Shown: positions 36,082 through 46,408, numbered from the stretch's first letter. The stretch: 64,000 nucleotides of DNA from Candidatus Rokuibacteriota bacterium (GCA_003220265.1 QHRW01000112.1:8814-72813); one strand, 5' to 3'. Program-made: numbers and translations. Notes: generated by a model not told the origin, from the letters alone.

Positions 36082-36807
36082 CTAGCTCGTGGGCGGGGAC
36101 GGCCGGCCGACGTGCACGTGCGCGCCGGTGGCCACGCCGGGCTGGGCGGCGCGGAACGCGAGGAACGGGATCGAGCGCGTGCGCAGGAACTCCATGAGCG
36201 CACGGCCCTCGGCGCTGTCGGGGTGCACCGCGACGTCGAGCGCCTCGTGGTGATCGAAGCCGAGGCGGTCGTGCACCGGCGTCTGCCCGCGCGCACTGAC
36301 CGGCAGCGGGCGATGGAAGCGCTCGACGAAGAAGCGCTCGAGCGCGGGGAGCTGGGCCAGCGACCACGCCGCGCGGCCGTCGTGCCGGATGAGCGTGGCG
36401 CCCGCGCGCACCTCGCCCGGCGCCGTGGGCGGCAGGGCCGCCAGCTCGCGGGCCGCCTCGGCCTCCGTCGCGACCATCTCCGCCTCGCGCATGGAGGTGC
36501 GCGTGCGCTCGGCGTCGTCGCGCGCGGCCGTCAGGGCGCGCTCGGCGCTCTCGACCTCGGCGGGCGCCACCAGTCCCTCGGCGACGAGCGCCTGCTGGCG
36601 CTCGAGCGCGCGCTCGGCGCGGGTCACCGCGGCTTCGCGCAGCGGCAGCAGCGCGTCCAGGCTCTCGCGATAACGGCGCGCGGCCTCGGCCTGCGCGGCG
36701 CGCGCCGCCTCCAGCTCGCGCGGGGCGCCGGGCGCCGGCGGCGACGCCGTCGCGGCGCCGGCGGCCAGCGTGGCGACGAGGCCGAGCGCGGCCAGCACGC
36801 GGCTCAT
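36082..36807 (-). CDS. Secreted coiled-coil protein with His-rich C-terminal (peptidase M15-like?) domain
   Basis: Signal peptide, long Ala/Glu/Arg helix, DHHEALDV...GAHVHVG. Confidence 0.65.
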   Translation of the reverse strand: MSRVLAALGLVATLAAGAATASPPAPGAPRELEAARAAQAEAARRYRESLDALLPLREAAVTRAERALERQQALVAEGLVAPAEVESAERALTAARDDAERTRTSMREAEMVATEAEAARELAALPPTAPGEVRAGATLIRHDGRAAWSLAQLPALERFFVERFHRPLPVSARGQTPVHDRLGFDHHEALDVAVHPDSAEGRALMEFLRTRSIPFLAFRAAQPGVATGAHVHVGRPSPPTS

Positions 36808-37679
36808 GCCGGTTCGACGCGGAGCGTGGCGGTCATCACGTGGCGCGCGCCGGCGGCCAGCGTCACCGCGTCGTCGGCCGCGTTGGCGGTCTCGACGCAG
36901 AGCATCCGCCGCCAGTCCTCGGGCTCGAGGTCCGAGATCTCGGCGGCCTTGGCCGACCACGGGTTCCACACGACCGTGCTGGCCGACCCCGTCTTGTCCA
37001 CGGCCAGCCGCCGGCGCAGCGCGGGATCGTGCACCACGCAGCGCGCCTGGGTGCCAAGGAACACGCGGTCCGTTTCACCCGTCAGCCGCAGCGGCTCGGC
37101 GGAGGCGCGCTTGCGCGTCATCGCCTCGACCTTGTCGATGAAGGCCGTGTTCTCGAGCCCCGTCACCGACGCCGTGCGGACGTCGCCGACGGCGAGATAG
37201 GTGTGCAGCGCCGCCTCGAAGGTGAACGGCGCGCCACCCGTGTTGACGACTTCCAGCGACATCGCGAGCGCGTCGCCCACGCTCACCCGGTAGCGCGCGC
37301 GGAAGGCGTGCGGCCACAGCGCGCGCGTCGAGGCGTCGTCGTCCAGCCCGAGCTCGACGGCGACGGTGCCGTCGGGGACGGGCTCGGCGCCGAGCAGCCG
37401 CCAGGCGCGCGCGCGGGCGAAGCCGTGCATCGGCTTGGTGCGGTCGGTGGCGTGCGGGCCGAACCACGGGAAAATCAGCGGCACGCCGCCGCGGATGGCC
37501 TTGCCCGGGGCGAAGGCGGCGCGCGACGAGAGGAACAGCACCGGCGCGGCGGCCGCGCGCGGCTGCCAGTGCGTGACGTGCGCCCCTTGCAGGTAGATCT
37601 CGGCGTCGGCGCGCGGGCCGGCGACGCGTGCGCGCTCGAGTCCGCCCGCCCCCTTGTCGACCGCGACCGGCTCCGTCAT
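36804..37679 (-). CDS. D-hexose-6-phosphate mutarotase (YeaD-like)
   Basis: QGAHV, AIRGGVP-x2-FPWF, HGFAR, ALHTY, VVWNPW, LCVE. Confidence 0.93.
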   Translation of the reverse strand: MTEPVAVDKGAGGLERARVAGPRADAEIYLQGAHVTHWQPRAAAAPVLFLSSRAAFAPGKAIRGGVPLIFPWFGPHATDRTKPMHGFARARAWRLLGAEPVPDGTVAVELGLDDDASTRALWPHAFRARYRVSVGDALAMSLEVVNTGGAPFTFEAALHTYLAVGDVRTASVTGLENTAFIDKVEAMTRKRASAEPLRLTGETDRVFLGTQARCVVHDPALRRRLAVDKTGSASTVVWNPWSAKAAEISDLEPEDWRRMLCVETANAADDAVTLAAGARHVMTATLRVEPA

Positions 37680-37741
37680 CGAGCGCCCTCCCGCCGGCAT
37701 TCCTTGACCTGCCGGCTCCAGGGCCCTCAGAGTACCCCAGG

Positions 37742-39052
37742 ATGGACGCGCCGGATCGTCCGCTGCTCTTGCCCGACTCCGTCGTGTTCACCTGCCAGCG
37801 CTCGGGCGCGTGCTGCCGCAGCGACTGGCTGATCGGCGTGGACGAGGGCGCCCACGCGCGCCTGCGCGACGTCGACTGGAGCGTGCACGACCCCGCGCTG
37901 CCGAAGGCCGGCGCCTTCGTGCCGCTGCCGTTTCCACTCCCCAGCGGCGAGCGCGTCACCTTCGCGCGGCGCGCCGACGGCGGCTGCGTCTTTCTCACCG
38001 CGGATACGAGCTGTGGCATCCACCGCCATCGCGGGGCGACCGCCAAGCCGCAGGTGTGCCGGGAGTTTCCCTACCACTTCGTGGAGACGCCGGACGGCGT
38101 GGCCGTCGGCGTGTCGTTCGCGTGCACCGCGGTGCGCGCGCACCAGGGGGCGAGCCTCGCCGCGCAGGCGGACGAGGTGCGCGCGGTGCTGGCCGGCAGC
38201 GCGCGCGTCGAGCGACTGCCCGACGCGCTCACGCTGTTCGGCAGCCTCGACCTCGACTGGGCGGAGTACCGGCCCCTCGAGGCGGCGCTGCTCGAGCTGC
38301 TCGCCGGCCGGCGCGCGCCGCTGCCGGTGGCGCTGCTGGCCGGCAGCGCGCTGCTCAGCCTCTGCATCGGGCTCACCCAGCTCGAGCGGGCGGCCCGGCG
38401 CGAGGGGCGGACGCCGAACGCCACGCTGGCCGGCGGCCTCGCCGAGCTGCGCGCGGACGGCTACCGCAAGCTGCTCGACATCGCCGCCGGCGCGCGATAC
38501 CCGCGCCGCCCGGCGCTGACCTACCTGGCGCCGCTCTACACGTGGCTCGAGATGTCGCGCCGGCCTCGCGCCCGCCTGCCGCTGCTGCTCTCGCTCTACC
38601 GCAACTACTTCCGCTTCCGGCGCGCGCGCGGCCGCCTGGCCGACGCCATCGGTGGCGGTCAGCCCTTCGAGCTGGCCCAGGCGCTGGCGGTGCGCTTCGA
38701 CGTCGGGGCGCCCGGCGTGGAGGATTTCTTGCGCGAGTACTGGAGCCACGTGGTGTTTCGCAAGACGCTCACGCCCATGCACGGGATCTTCCGCGGCTAC
38801 CAGACGCTGCTCGCGCTCTACTCGTTCACGAAGCTCGCCGCCCGCCTGCACGCCCTGCGGGCCGGCCGGCCCGCCGTCGCACTGGCCGACGTCCACGCGG
38901 CCGTGCGGCTCGTCGAGCGCGCCTTCGTGCTACACGCCCGTTACACCGACCTTTTCCGCCTCACGCCCATGGTCACCGTCATGCTCGACCGCCTCTACCA
39001 GCAGCCCAGTTTCGTGCGCACGGCCACCCTGGAGCCACCCCGCGTTTCTTGA
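37742..39052 (+). CDS. YkgJ/FliB-like cysteine-cluster (Fe-S) protein
   Basis: CQRSGACC, CVFL-x5-CGIH-x7-KP-x2-CREFP, a further C; long helical C-domain. Confidence 0.8.
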   Translation: MDAPDRPLLLPDSVVFTCQRSGACCRSDWLIGVDEGAHARLRDVDWSVHDPALPKAGAFVPLPFPLPSGERVTFARRADGGCVFLTADTSCGIHRHRGATAKPQVCREFPYHFVETPDGVAVGVSFACTAVRAHQGASLAAQADEVRAVLAGSARVERLPDALTLFGSLDLDWAEYRPLEAALLELLAGRRAPLPVALLAGSALLSLCIGLTQLERAARREGRTPNATLAGGLAELRADGYRKLLDIAAGARYPRRPALTYLAPLYTWLEMSRRPRARLPLLLSLYRNYFRFRRARGRLADAIGGGQPFELAQALAVRFDVGAPGVEDFLREYWSHVVFRKTLTPMHGIFRGYQTLLALYSFTKLAARLHALRAGRPAVALADVHAAVRLVERAFVLHARYTDLFRLTPMVTVMLDRLYQQPSFVRTATLEPPRVS

Positions 39053-39177
39053 CTTGAAGCGAGCCGAACGCATAGGCTCGTTGAAAGCTCCGCAACAGCG
39101 GGAAAACCGCGCTTCGACGGCCGGATTGACCGGCGCGCAGACCGAGGGGGGACGCCCCTCCGACTCAAGGGGAAGGG

Positions 39178-40257
39178 ATGGCGAAGCTCGACGCGTTTTT
39201 CAAGCTGATGTTCGACACGGGGGCCTCCGACCTCCACATCGTGTCGGGGCAGCCGCCGATCCTGCGCGTGCACGGCGACATGGAGCGCGTGAAGTACGAC
39301 CCGCTCGACGACGAGAACCTTCGCCAGATGCTCTACGAGATCGCGCCCGAGCAGAAGATCAAGACCTTCGAGGAGACGGGCGACGTCGACTTCGGCTACG
39401 AGATTCCCAACGTCGCCCGCTTCCGCGCCAACTACTTCATGCAGAAGTACGGCTGCGGCGCGGTGTTCCGCCAGATCCCGACCAAGATCATCACCGCCGA
39501 CGAGCTCGGCCTGCCGCCGATCCTCAAGAAGTCGGCGATGCTGCACAAGGGCCTGGTGCTGGTCACGGGGCCGACGGGATCGGGCAAGTCCACCACGCTG
39601 GCCGCCATGATCGACCACGCCAACAAGCACCGCAAGGACCACATCATCACCATCGAGGACCCGATCGAGTTCGTGCACACGGCCCAGGGCTGTCTCATCA
39701 ACCACCGCGAGGTGGGCATGCACACGCGCTCGTTCTCCTCGGCGCTGCGCGGCGCCCTCCGCGAGGACCCCGACATCATCCTGGTCGGTGAAATGCGCGA
39801 CCTCGAGACGATCCGCCTGGCCCTGGAGGCGGCCAACACCGGCCACCTCGTGTTCGCCACGCTGCACACCACCAGCGCCGCCAAGACCATCGACCGCATC
39901 ATCGAGGTGTTCCCGGCCGAGGAGCAGGCCCAGGTGCGCAACGGCCTGTCGACCGGCCTCAAGGTGGTGGTCGCGCAGAACCTCTTCAAGCGCGTGGACA
40001 AGAAGGGCCGCTGCGCGGCGCTGGAGATCCTGGTCTGCACCGCGGCCATCGGCAACCTCATTCGCGAGGGCAAGACCGTCCAGATCCCCTCGGCGATCCA
40101 GACCGGCAAGCAGTACGGCATGCAGACGCTCGACGACGCGATCATGGGCGTCCTCCAGAAGGGCTGGATCAGCGCGGAGGAGGCCTACGACAAGTGCATC
40201 GACAAGCAGAAGTTCCGGCCGCTCCTGAAGACGCCACCCGACGAGCTGAACCAGTAG
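39178..40257 (+). CDS. pilT: Type IV pilus retraction ATPase PilT
   Basis: ASDLH, GPTGSGKST, TIEDPIE, LREDPD-x4-GEMRD, TGHLV-x2-TLHT, AIGNLIRE, GMQT. Confidence 0.95.
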   Translation: MAKLDAFFKLMFDTGASDLHIVSGQPPILRVHGDMERVKYDPLDDENLRQMLYEIAPEQKIKTFEETGDVDFGYEIPNVARFRANYFMQKYGCGAVFRQIPTKIITADELGLPPILKKSAMLHKGLVLVTGPTGSGKSTTLAAMIDHANKHRKDHIITIEDPIEFVHTAQGCLINHREVGMHTRSFSSALRGALREDPDIILVGEMRDLETIRLALEAANTGHLVFATLHTTSAAKTIDRIIEVFPAEEQAQVRNGLSTGLKVVVAQNLFKRVDKKGRCAALEILVCTAAIGNLIREGKTVQIPSAIQTGKQYGMQTLDDAIMGVLQKGWISAEEAYDKCIDKQKFRPLLKTPPDELNQ

Positions 40258-40270
40258 GGAGGCCGAGAGC

Positions 40271-41455
40271 ATGCGCAAACCCGAGATCGACGACCTGCTG
40301 GGCGCGATGCTGGATTCGCACGACAACGTCTCCGACCTCAACCTCACCGTCGATCGCCCGCTGCAGGTGGAGGCGGCCGGTGAGCTGGTGGCGGTGCCGG
40401 TCGATCCGCCCATCGAGACCCTGACGCCGTTCCAGACCGAGATCTTCGCGCTCAACCTGATGAACGGCGACCGGCGCCTCACCGAGCACCTCATCAAGTC
40501 CGGCTCGTGCGACACCGCGTACTACCTGCCGGGCAAGGCGCGCTTCCGCGTCAACATCTTCACCCAGCGCGGCAACTACTCGATGGTGCTCCGGAAGCTG
40601 GAGACCAACATCCCCACCGTCGAGAGCCTCAAGCTGCCGGAGGCCTTCAAGAAGATGCCGGGGGAGAAGAACGGGCTCATCCTGCTCACCGGCGCCACCG
40701 GCTCCGGCAAGACGACGTCGCTGGCCGCGCTGCTCAACGAGATCAACGCCACCAAGGCGGTGCACATCGTCACGCTCGAGGACCCGGTGGAGTACGTGCA
40801 CCCGAACGTGAAGGCGACGTTCAACCAGCGCGAGCTGGGCCTGGACTACGACAACTTCGCCAACGGGCTCCGGGCCGCGCTGCGCCAGGCGCCCAAGATC
40901 ATCCTGGTCGGTGAGATGCGCGACCGGGAGACGGCCGAGCTGGCGCTCAAGGCCTCGGAGACGGGTCACCTCGTGCTCTCCACGCTGCACACGGTGAACG
41001 CCGGCCAGGCCATCAACCGCATCGTCGGCATGTTCGACCAGGACGAGGAGAAGCAGACGCGCCAGCGGCTGGCCGACACGATCCGCTGGGTGGTGGGCCA
41101 GCGCCTGGTGCCGAAGATCGGCGGCGGCCGCTGGGCCGTGCACGACATCCTGTCCAACACGATCCGCTCCAACGAGCTGATCCTGATGGGCGAGCAGGAA
41201 GGCAAGACGTACTACGACATCCAGGAGGTCGGCGAGCCGTTCGGGATGATGACCTTCGACCAGTCGCTGCTGAAGTCCTACCAGGAGGGCCTCATCACCG
41301 AGGAGACCGCGGTGGCCTACTCGACGCGCAAGGCCATCGTGCAGCGGGGCATCGACACGATGAAGCAGCAGCGCGGCGAGAAGACCAGCGACGTCTCGGG
41401 CCTCCGGCTGGACGCCGAGTACAACCGCTCGGTCTTCGGCGCGAGGAAGAAGTGA
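40271..41455 (+). CDS. PilT/PilU-family ATPase
   Basis: GATGSGKT, EDPVE, LRQAP, GEMRD, TGHLVLSTLHT, GMMTFDQ. Confidence 0.93.
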   Translation: MRKPEIDDLLGAMLDSHDNVSDLNLTVDRPLQVEAAGELVAVPVDPPIETLTPFQTEIFALNLMNGDRRLTEHLIKSGSCDTAYYLPGKARFRVNIFTQRGNYSMVLRKLETNIPTVESLKLPEAFKKMPGEKNGLILLTGATGSGKTTSLAALLNEINATKAVHIVTLEDPVEYVHPNVKATFNQRELGLDYDNFANGLRAALRQAPKIILVGEMRDRETAELALKASETGHLVLSTLHTVNAGQAINRIVGMFDQDEEKQTRQRLADTIRWVVGQRLVPKIGGGRWAVHDILSNTIRSNELILMGEQEGKTYYDIQEVGEPFGMMTFDQSLLKSYQEGLITEETAVAYSTRKAIVQRGIDTMKQQRGEKTSDVSGLRLDAEYNRSVFGARKK

Positions 41456-41919
41456 GCGCCGAGAGCCAGGCCGGCGAGAGCCAGTACGAGGCGCGGCTGG
41501 CGCTGGTGTGCGAGGACGCGTCCGAGCGGCAGGCCGTCATCAGGGCGGCGCTCGAGCAGATCGGCTTCGCCATGCTCGCCCCCAAGAACACCGAGGACGC
41601 CGTCGAGCGGATCCGGCGCGACAGCTACGAGATCGTGATCGTGGACGAGCAGTACCAGGGCTCGAGCCCGTTCGACAACCCGGTGCTCGCCATCATCCGC
41701 AACATGCCGATGTCGCAGCGGCGCTGGATGTTCGTCACGCTGCTCGGCCGCCAGTTCAAGACGTTCGACAACGCGATGGCGTTCGCCCGCAGCATGAACG
41801 TCGTGGTGAACCTCAACGACCTGCCGCACCTGCCCGCCATCCTGAAGAAGGGCATCACCGACCACGTGGAGTTCTACCGCACGTTCCGCCAGGTCCTCGC
41901 CGACGTCGGCAAGCGCTGA
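41452..41919 (+). CDS. Degenerate receiver-like protein coupled to the PilT/PilU gene
   Basis: GTGA overlap; ALVCED...YEIVIVDE REC-like pattern without a canonical KP. Confidence 0.65.
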   Translation: MSAESQAGESQYEARLALVCEDASERQAVIRAALEQIGFAMLAPKNTEDAVERIRRDSYEIVIVDEQYQGSSPFDNPVLAIIRNMPMSQRRWMFVTLLGRQFKTFDNAMAFARSMNVVVNLNDLPHLPAILKKGITDHVEFYRTFRQVLADVGKR

Positions 41920-41939
41920 TCGCCCGCGCCGCCGCGGCG

Positions 41940-43925
41940 CTAGCCGCGTTTGCCGAAGAACTTGCCGGGGGAGATGGAGCCGGGCGGCTTGCGGCGGAGG
42001 GTGACGGCCAGCTCGTAGCTGCGCTCGCTGCTGGGGTCGGCGTTGTAGATGCCGATCCACAGCATGCCGAACTCCTTGCCGAAGCCGGGTAGCGTCGTTC
42101 CGCCCGCGCGGTGCTTCCGCGGCGCGAGCGGCTCGGCCCTGCCGGTCACCGGCAGCGTGACGAGCCACGCGTGATCGGTGGCGGCGTCGTTCTCCTTCAG
42201 CTTGACCTCCACGTCGGGCGGATCGGCCAGCGTGGCGCCGCCCAGCGTGACCGTGAAGAAGCGTGAGGTCAGCGGGCCGCTGGTGACGGTGAAGAGGTGC
42301 GGCCCGGTCCGCTCCTTCCAGTTGGTCATCGTGTGCGTCTGCTCCTGGGTGCTGCCCAGCTTCTCGCCGCGGGTGACGATACTCGTCTCACTGTCGCTCT
42401 CGATCAGCCGGCCCTGCACCCACGGACCGGGCTCCGGCAGCGCGTTGACGACGACGTCCTTCACGAAGTCGGGATACGTCTTGTACAGGCGACCCTCGGC
42501 CACGATGTAGAGGTACAGCTCCTGGCCCATCTGGTACGACTGTTCCTTCCCGGCCGTCGTGAACTGTGGGTTGAGCCGGGTGAGCGCATCGCGGACGAAG
42601 TTCGCTTCCTGCTTCTCGATGTGGGCCAGCAGCAGCGCGTAACCCTCGGCGACCTTGCCGCTCTGCGTGTCGGCGCTCTTCTGCAGCGGCACCGAGAGCA
42701 GATACGGGAAGCGCTTGACGTAGTCGCGCGAGGCGTCCGCGAACGTGACGCCACGGCTGCCCATGGCCTTCCAGCCCTCGCGGGCGGCGATCCACCACGG
42801 TGCCGCTTCGTGGGCCAGCCGCTCGAGCAGCGCCTCGCGCTCGCGCTGCTTCTCGGGCGTCTCGACGGAGATCTTGTCGCTGGAGAGGCGGATCTCGACG
42901 ACAGCGGAGGTTTCGGCCGGCGCGGCGCCGCCGCTCGCCGCCGGCGTGCCGGCCACGCGTCGGCCGGCGCCGTCGGCGGGGATGAACGGCGCCCCGATGG
43001 CCGGCATCACGCCCGAGTTGGCCACCGGCGCCGCGGGCGGCTCGGCCTGGACCGCATCGGCGTACGTTCGCGCGCCGCCGCTCGGCGCCCCGACGGGCGG
43101 TCGCGCGGGCGGCGGCGACGGTGGCGCGGGCGGCGCGTACGCCGAGGGTGAGTACGTCGCATACGCATCCTCCGCCGGTCCTCGCGCACGGGACGGCGGC
43201 TCGGGCACCCGCGCGGGGGGGCGCTCGGACATCCGCTCGGGCAAGAGCTCGGGGACCCGTTCGGGCGCCGGGGCCACGAGCTCGCCCTCCCGGCCGAGCT
43301 TGCCGCGCAACGCGGCCAGCGCGAGCGGGCGCCCGAATGTCGCGGCGATCGTGTCCTGCAGCCGGGCGCAGTGGTCGTCGTCGAGCGTGTTCCAGCCCTC
43401 GATCAGCGCGAGCAGCTCGGTGAATGGGCGCAGCTTGTCGGGAATCGTCGCGGCCTCGCGCTCGGGATCGGCCGGCGGCGTGCCCGTCAGCACGCCCCGC
43501 AGCGCGCGCGCGCGGGCCTGGCACTCCGCGAGCGGGGCGAAGCTCCGCTCTTCGCGGTGCGTCAGCAACATCACGCGGTCGAGCAGGACGAGCGCGCCCT
43601 CGCACGACTTCTCCCACTCGGCAACCTTGGAGCGCCGGTGCTCGGCGACCCCGATCGCGGCCAGCACGGGCTCGAGGTCGCGCAGGCTGCCGAGCCGTTC
43701 GACGTCGAGCACGAGCGAGAGCGCGCCCGCATGCTGGAGCACGGCGTTGCGCAGATCGGTGAAGGCCTCGCGCGCCGCGGTCAGATCGTCGAGGAGGTCG
43801 GGGGAGGGCGGCAGCTTGGCGACGAGGGCGGAGGCGGCGCCGGCGGCTCGTGAGCCCAGGGCGGCGAAGTCGGCGCGAAGGGCGGTGAGCCTCCGGCCGA
43901 GGTCGTCATGGCTCTGCTTCACCAT
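41940..43925 (-). CDS. Large hypothetical protein (helical N-domain, Pro-rich linker, beta-rich C-domain)
   Basis: 661-aa ORF with natural composition; no recognisable motif. Confidence 0.75.
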   Translation of the reverse strand: MVKQSHDDLGRRLTALRADFAALGSRAAGAASALVAKLPPSPDLLDDLTAAREAFTDLRNAVLQHAGALSLVLDVERLGSLRDLEPVLAAIGVAEHRRSKVAEWEKSCEGALVLLDRVMLLTHREERSFAPLAECQARARALRGVLTGTPPADPEREAATIPDKLRPFTELLALIEGWNTLDDDHCARLQDTIAATFGRPLALAALRGKLGREGELVAPAPERVPELLPERMSERPPARVPEPPSRARGPAEDAYATYSPSAYAPPAPPSPPPARPPVGAPSGGARTYADAVQAEPPAAPVANSGVMPAIGAPFIPADGAGRRVAGTPAASGGAAPAETSAVVEIRLSSDKISVETPEKQREREALLERLAHEAAPWWIAAREGWKAMGSRGVTFADASRDYVKRFPYLLSVPLQKSADTQSGKVAEGYALLLAHIEKQEANFVRDALTRLNPQFTTAGKEQSYQMGQELYLYIVAEGRLYKTYPDFVKDVVVNALPEPGPWVQGRLIESDSETSIVTRGEKLGSTQEQTHTMTNWKERTGPHLFTVTSGPLTSRFFTVTLGGATLADPPDVEVKLKENDAATDHAWLVTLPVTGRAEPLAPRKHRAGGTTLPGFGKEFGMLWIGIYNADPSSERSYELAVTLRRKPPGSISPGKFFGKRG

Positions 43926-44166
43926 CCGGTGGTTCGCGCTTTGTGCACGACATCCTAGTATGCCATCCCCGCTCGGGCATCCGGTCAGACCCCACCCCCC
44001 TGACCCGGTCAGGATCCGGGCAATCTGTCCATGGGCCGCCGGCCGTAGATATCGAGAACTTCTGCTGGATCAGATATTTGACCGGCCGGGCGGGTTTGGT
44101 ACCCGGCTTGCCTAGCGTTCCCCTCAGCCCAACCTCGGGCGGACCCGCAACCGGAGGAGATAGCCA

Positions 44167-44766
44167 ATGAGCCGCGCCCTGCGCCCCCTCGTTCTCGTGG
44201 CCCTGTTGGTGGTGCCCTTCGGCCTGACCTCCTCGCGCGACGCCGCCGCCGGCACGCCCACCGACCAGCTCCGCGACCGCATCGACCGGGTCGTCGGCAT
44301 CCTCGACGACGGCGACCTCAAGGCCAACCCGGCGGCGCGGCGGGCCGCGTTGCGGGGCGTGACGGGCGAGATCTTCGACTTCACCGAGATCACGCGGCGC
44401 GCGCTCGGGCGCCACTGGCAGACGGCCTCGGCGGGGCAGCGCGACGAGCTGGTGCGGCTGCTCTCAGCGCTCATGGAGCGCTCGTACATGGGCCGCATCG
44501 AGCAGTACAGCGGCGAGCGCATCGCCTTCGTCAGCGAGGTCGTGGACGGCGATCTCGCCACCGTGCGCACGCACTTCCTCACCAGGGGCGGCACGCCGAT
44601 CCCGGTGGACTATCGTCTCGCCCGCGCCGGTGACCGCTGGCTCGCGTACGACGTGACCATCGAGGGCGTGAGCCTGGTGGCGAACTTCCGCGCGCAGTTC
44701 AACAAGATCATCCAGACCTCCTCGACGCAGGGGCTCGTGGAGCGCTTGCGGGCGCGGCAGGAGTGA
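44167..44766 (+). CDS. MlaC/Ttg2D-family periplasmic lipid-binding protein
   Basis: FDF-x6-LG-x-HW, PVDYRL, YDV-x-IEGVSLV-x-NFRAQF; signal peptide. Confidence 0.9.
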   Translation: MSRALRPLVLVALLVVPFGLTSSRDAAAGTPTDQLRDRIDRVVGILDDGDLKANPAARRAALRGVTGEIFDFTEITRRALGRHWQTASAGQRDELVRLLSALMERSYMGRIEQYSGERIAFVSEVVDGDLATVRTHFLTRGGTPIPVDYRLARAGDRWLAYDVTIEGVSLVANFRAQFNKIIQTSSTQGLVERLRARQE

Positions 44767-44808
44767 GTGATAGACTCTCCAGACCTTTCGACCCAGGAGG
44801 AACGAGCA

Positions 44809-45459
44809 ATGGGCTCGGCGGCACGGTGGTGGCTCGTGGCGGCGATGGTGGTGGCGACGTTCGTGGGCAGCGGAGCAGCGTGGGCCGGCGCGCCGACCGA
44901 TCAACTGCGCGGACGGATCGACCGTGTGCTCAAGGTGCTGGAGGGCGAGCTGAAACAGGAGGGGCGATCCGAGGAGCGGCGCGTCGCCATCCGCAAGATC
45001 GCCGACGAGACGTTCGACTTCCGCGAGATCTCGCAGCGCTCGCTGGCCCGCCACTGGCAGAGCCGCACGCCCGGCGAGCGTGACGAGTTCGTGCAGCTCT
45101 TCAGCGGTGTGCTCGAGCGCGCCTATATCGGCCAGATCGAGCAGTACAGCGGCAGCGAGAAGGTGCAGTACGTGGGCGAGACGCTCGACAGGCACCAGGC
45201 CGTCGTGCGGACGCGGATCGCGACCAAGGCGGGCACCGAGGTCCCGGTGGACTACCGGCTGCATCGCGTCGGCGAGCAGTGGCTCGTCTACGACGTGGCC
45301 ATCGAGGGCATCAGCCTGGTCTCGAACTACCGCGCCCAGTTCGACCGGATCATCCGCAGCTCCTCCTACAAGCAGCTCGCCGACAAGCTCAAGGCGAAGA
45401 AGGACGAGGCCCGCGAGGCCGACGGCGCCGTCGTGAAGCGCGCGTCGACGCAAAAATAG
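44809..45459 (+). CDS. MlaC/Ttg2D-family protein (tandem paralogue)
   Basis: Same motifs (VDYRL, YDVAIEGISLVSNYRAQF). Confidence 0.9.
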   Translation: MGSAARWWLVAAMVVATFVGSGAAWAGAPTDQLRGRIDRVLKVLEGELKQEGRSEERRVAIRKIADETFDFREISQRSLARHWQSRTPGERDEFVQLFSGVLERAYIGQIEQYSGSEKVQYVGETLDRHQAVVRTRIATKAGTEVPVDYRLHRVGEQWLVYDVAIEGISLVSNYRAQFDRIIRSSSYKQLADKLKAKKDEAREADGAVVKRASTQK

Positions 45460-45464
45460 CGGCG

Positions 45465-46403
45465 GTGAGCGCGGCGGCGCGCGAGACGTACCGGCGCATC
45501 GCCGCCAACCTCGCCACGGTCATGCGCGGCCAGGAGCTGGCCATCCGCCGGCTCCTGGCCGCCTTCGCCAGCGGCGGCCACGTGCTGCTGGAAGACTATC
45601 CGGGCACCGGCAAGACGACGCTGGCCAAGGCGCTGGCGCGCTCGATCGGCGCCGCCTTCAAGCGCGTGCAGTTCACGCCCGACCTGCTGCCCTCCGACAT
45701 CCTGGGCGTCTCCGTGTTCGACCCCGCGGCCCAGACGTTCCGCTTCCACGAGGGGCCGATCTTCACGCACATCCTGCTGGCCGACGAGATCAACCGGGCC
45801 TCGCCCCGCACGCAGTCGGCGCTGCTGGAGGCCATGGCCGAGAGCCAGGTGTCGGTGGACGGCGCCAGCACCCGCTTGCCCGAGCTGTTCTTCGTCATCG
45901 CGACCCAGAATCCGGTGGAGTTCCGCGGGACCTATCCGCTGCCCGAGGCCCAGATGGACCGCTTCGCGCTGCAGTTCGGGCTCGGGTACGTCGAGGCCGC
46001 CGACGAGGTGGCCATCCTCGCCGCGCAGGCCGAGCGCCACCCGCTCGACGCGCTCGCCGCCTGCGTGTCGCTGGACGAGGTGCTGGCGCTGCGCAAGAGC
46101 GTGCGGGCCGTGCGGGTGAGCGACGAGGTGAAGCGCTACGCCGTCGATCTCGTGCGGCGCACGCGCACGGCGCCCGGCGTGCAGCTCGGCGCCAGCCCCC
46201 GCGCGTCGCTGGCCCTGATCGGCGCCGCGCAGGCGCTGGCCCTCTTCGACGGCCAGGCCTTCGTGGCGCCCGAGCACGTGCAGGAGCTGGCGGTGCCGGT
46301 CATCGCGCATCGCCTCGCGCTCGATCCCCAGGCGCGCTTCGCCGGCGCCACCACCTCGGCCACCGTCGAGGAGATCGTCAAGTCCGTGCCCGTTCCGGCC
46401 TGA
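45465..46403 (+). CDS. MoxR-family AAA+ ATPase
   Basis: GHVLLE-x2-PGTGKT, QFTPDLLPSD, LADEINR, ATQNP-x-E, YPLPEAQMDRF. Confidence 0.95.
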   Translation: MSAAARETYRRIAANLATVMRGQELAIRRLLAAFASGGHVLLEDYPGTGKTTLAKALARSIGAAFKRVQFTPDLLPSDILGVSVFDPAAQTFRFHEGPIFTHILLADEINRASPRTQSALLEAMAESQVSVDGASTRLPELFFVIATQNPVEFRGTYPLPEAQMDRFALQFGLGYVEAADEVAILAAQAERHPLDALAACVSLDEVLALRKSVRAVRVSDEVKRYAVDLVRRTRTAPGVQLGASPRASLALIGAAQALALFDGQAFVAPEHVQELAVPVIAHRLALDPQARFAGATTSATVEEIVKSVPVPA

Positions 46404-46408
46404 CGCCG

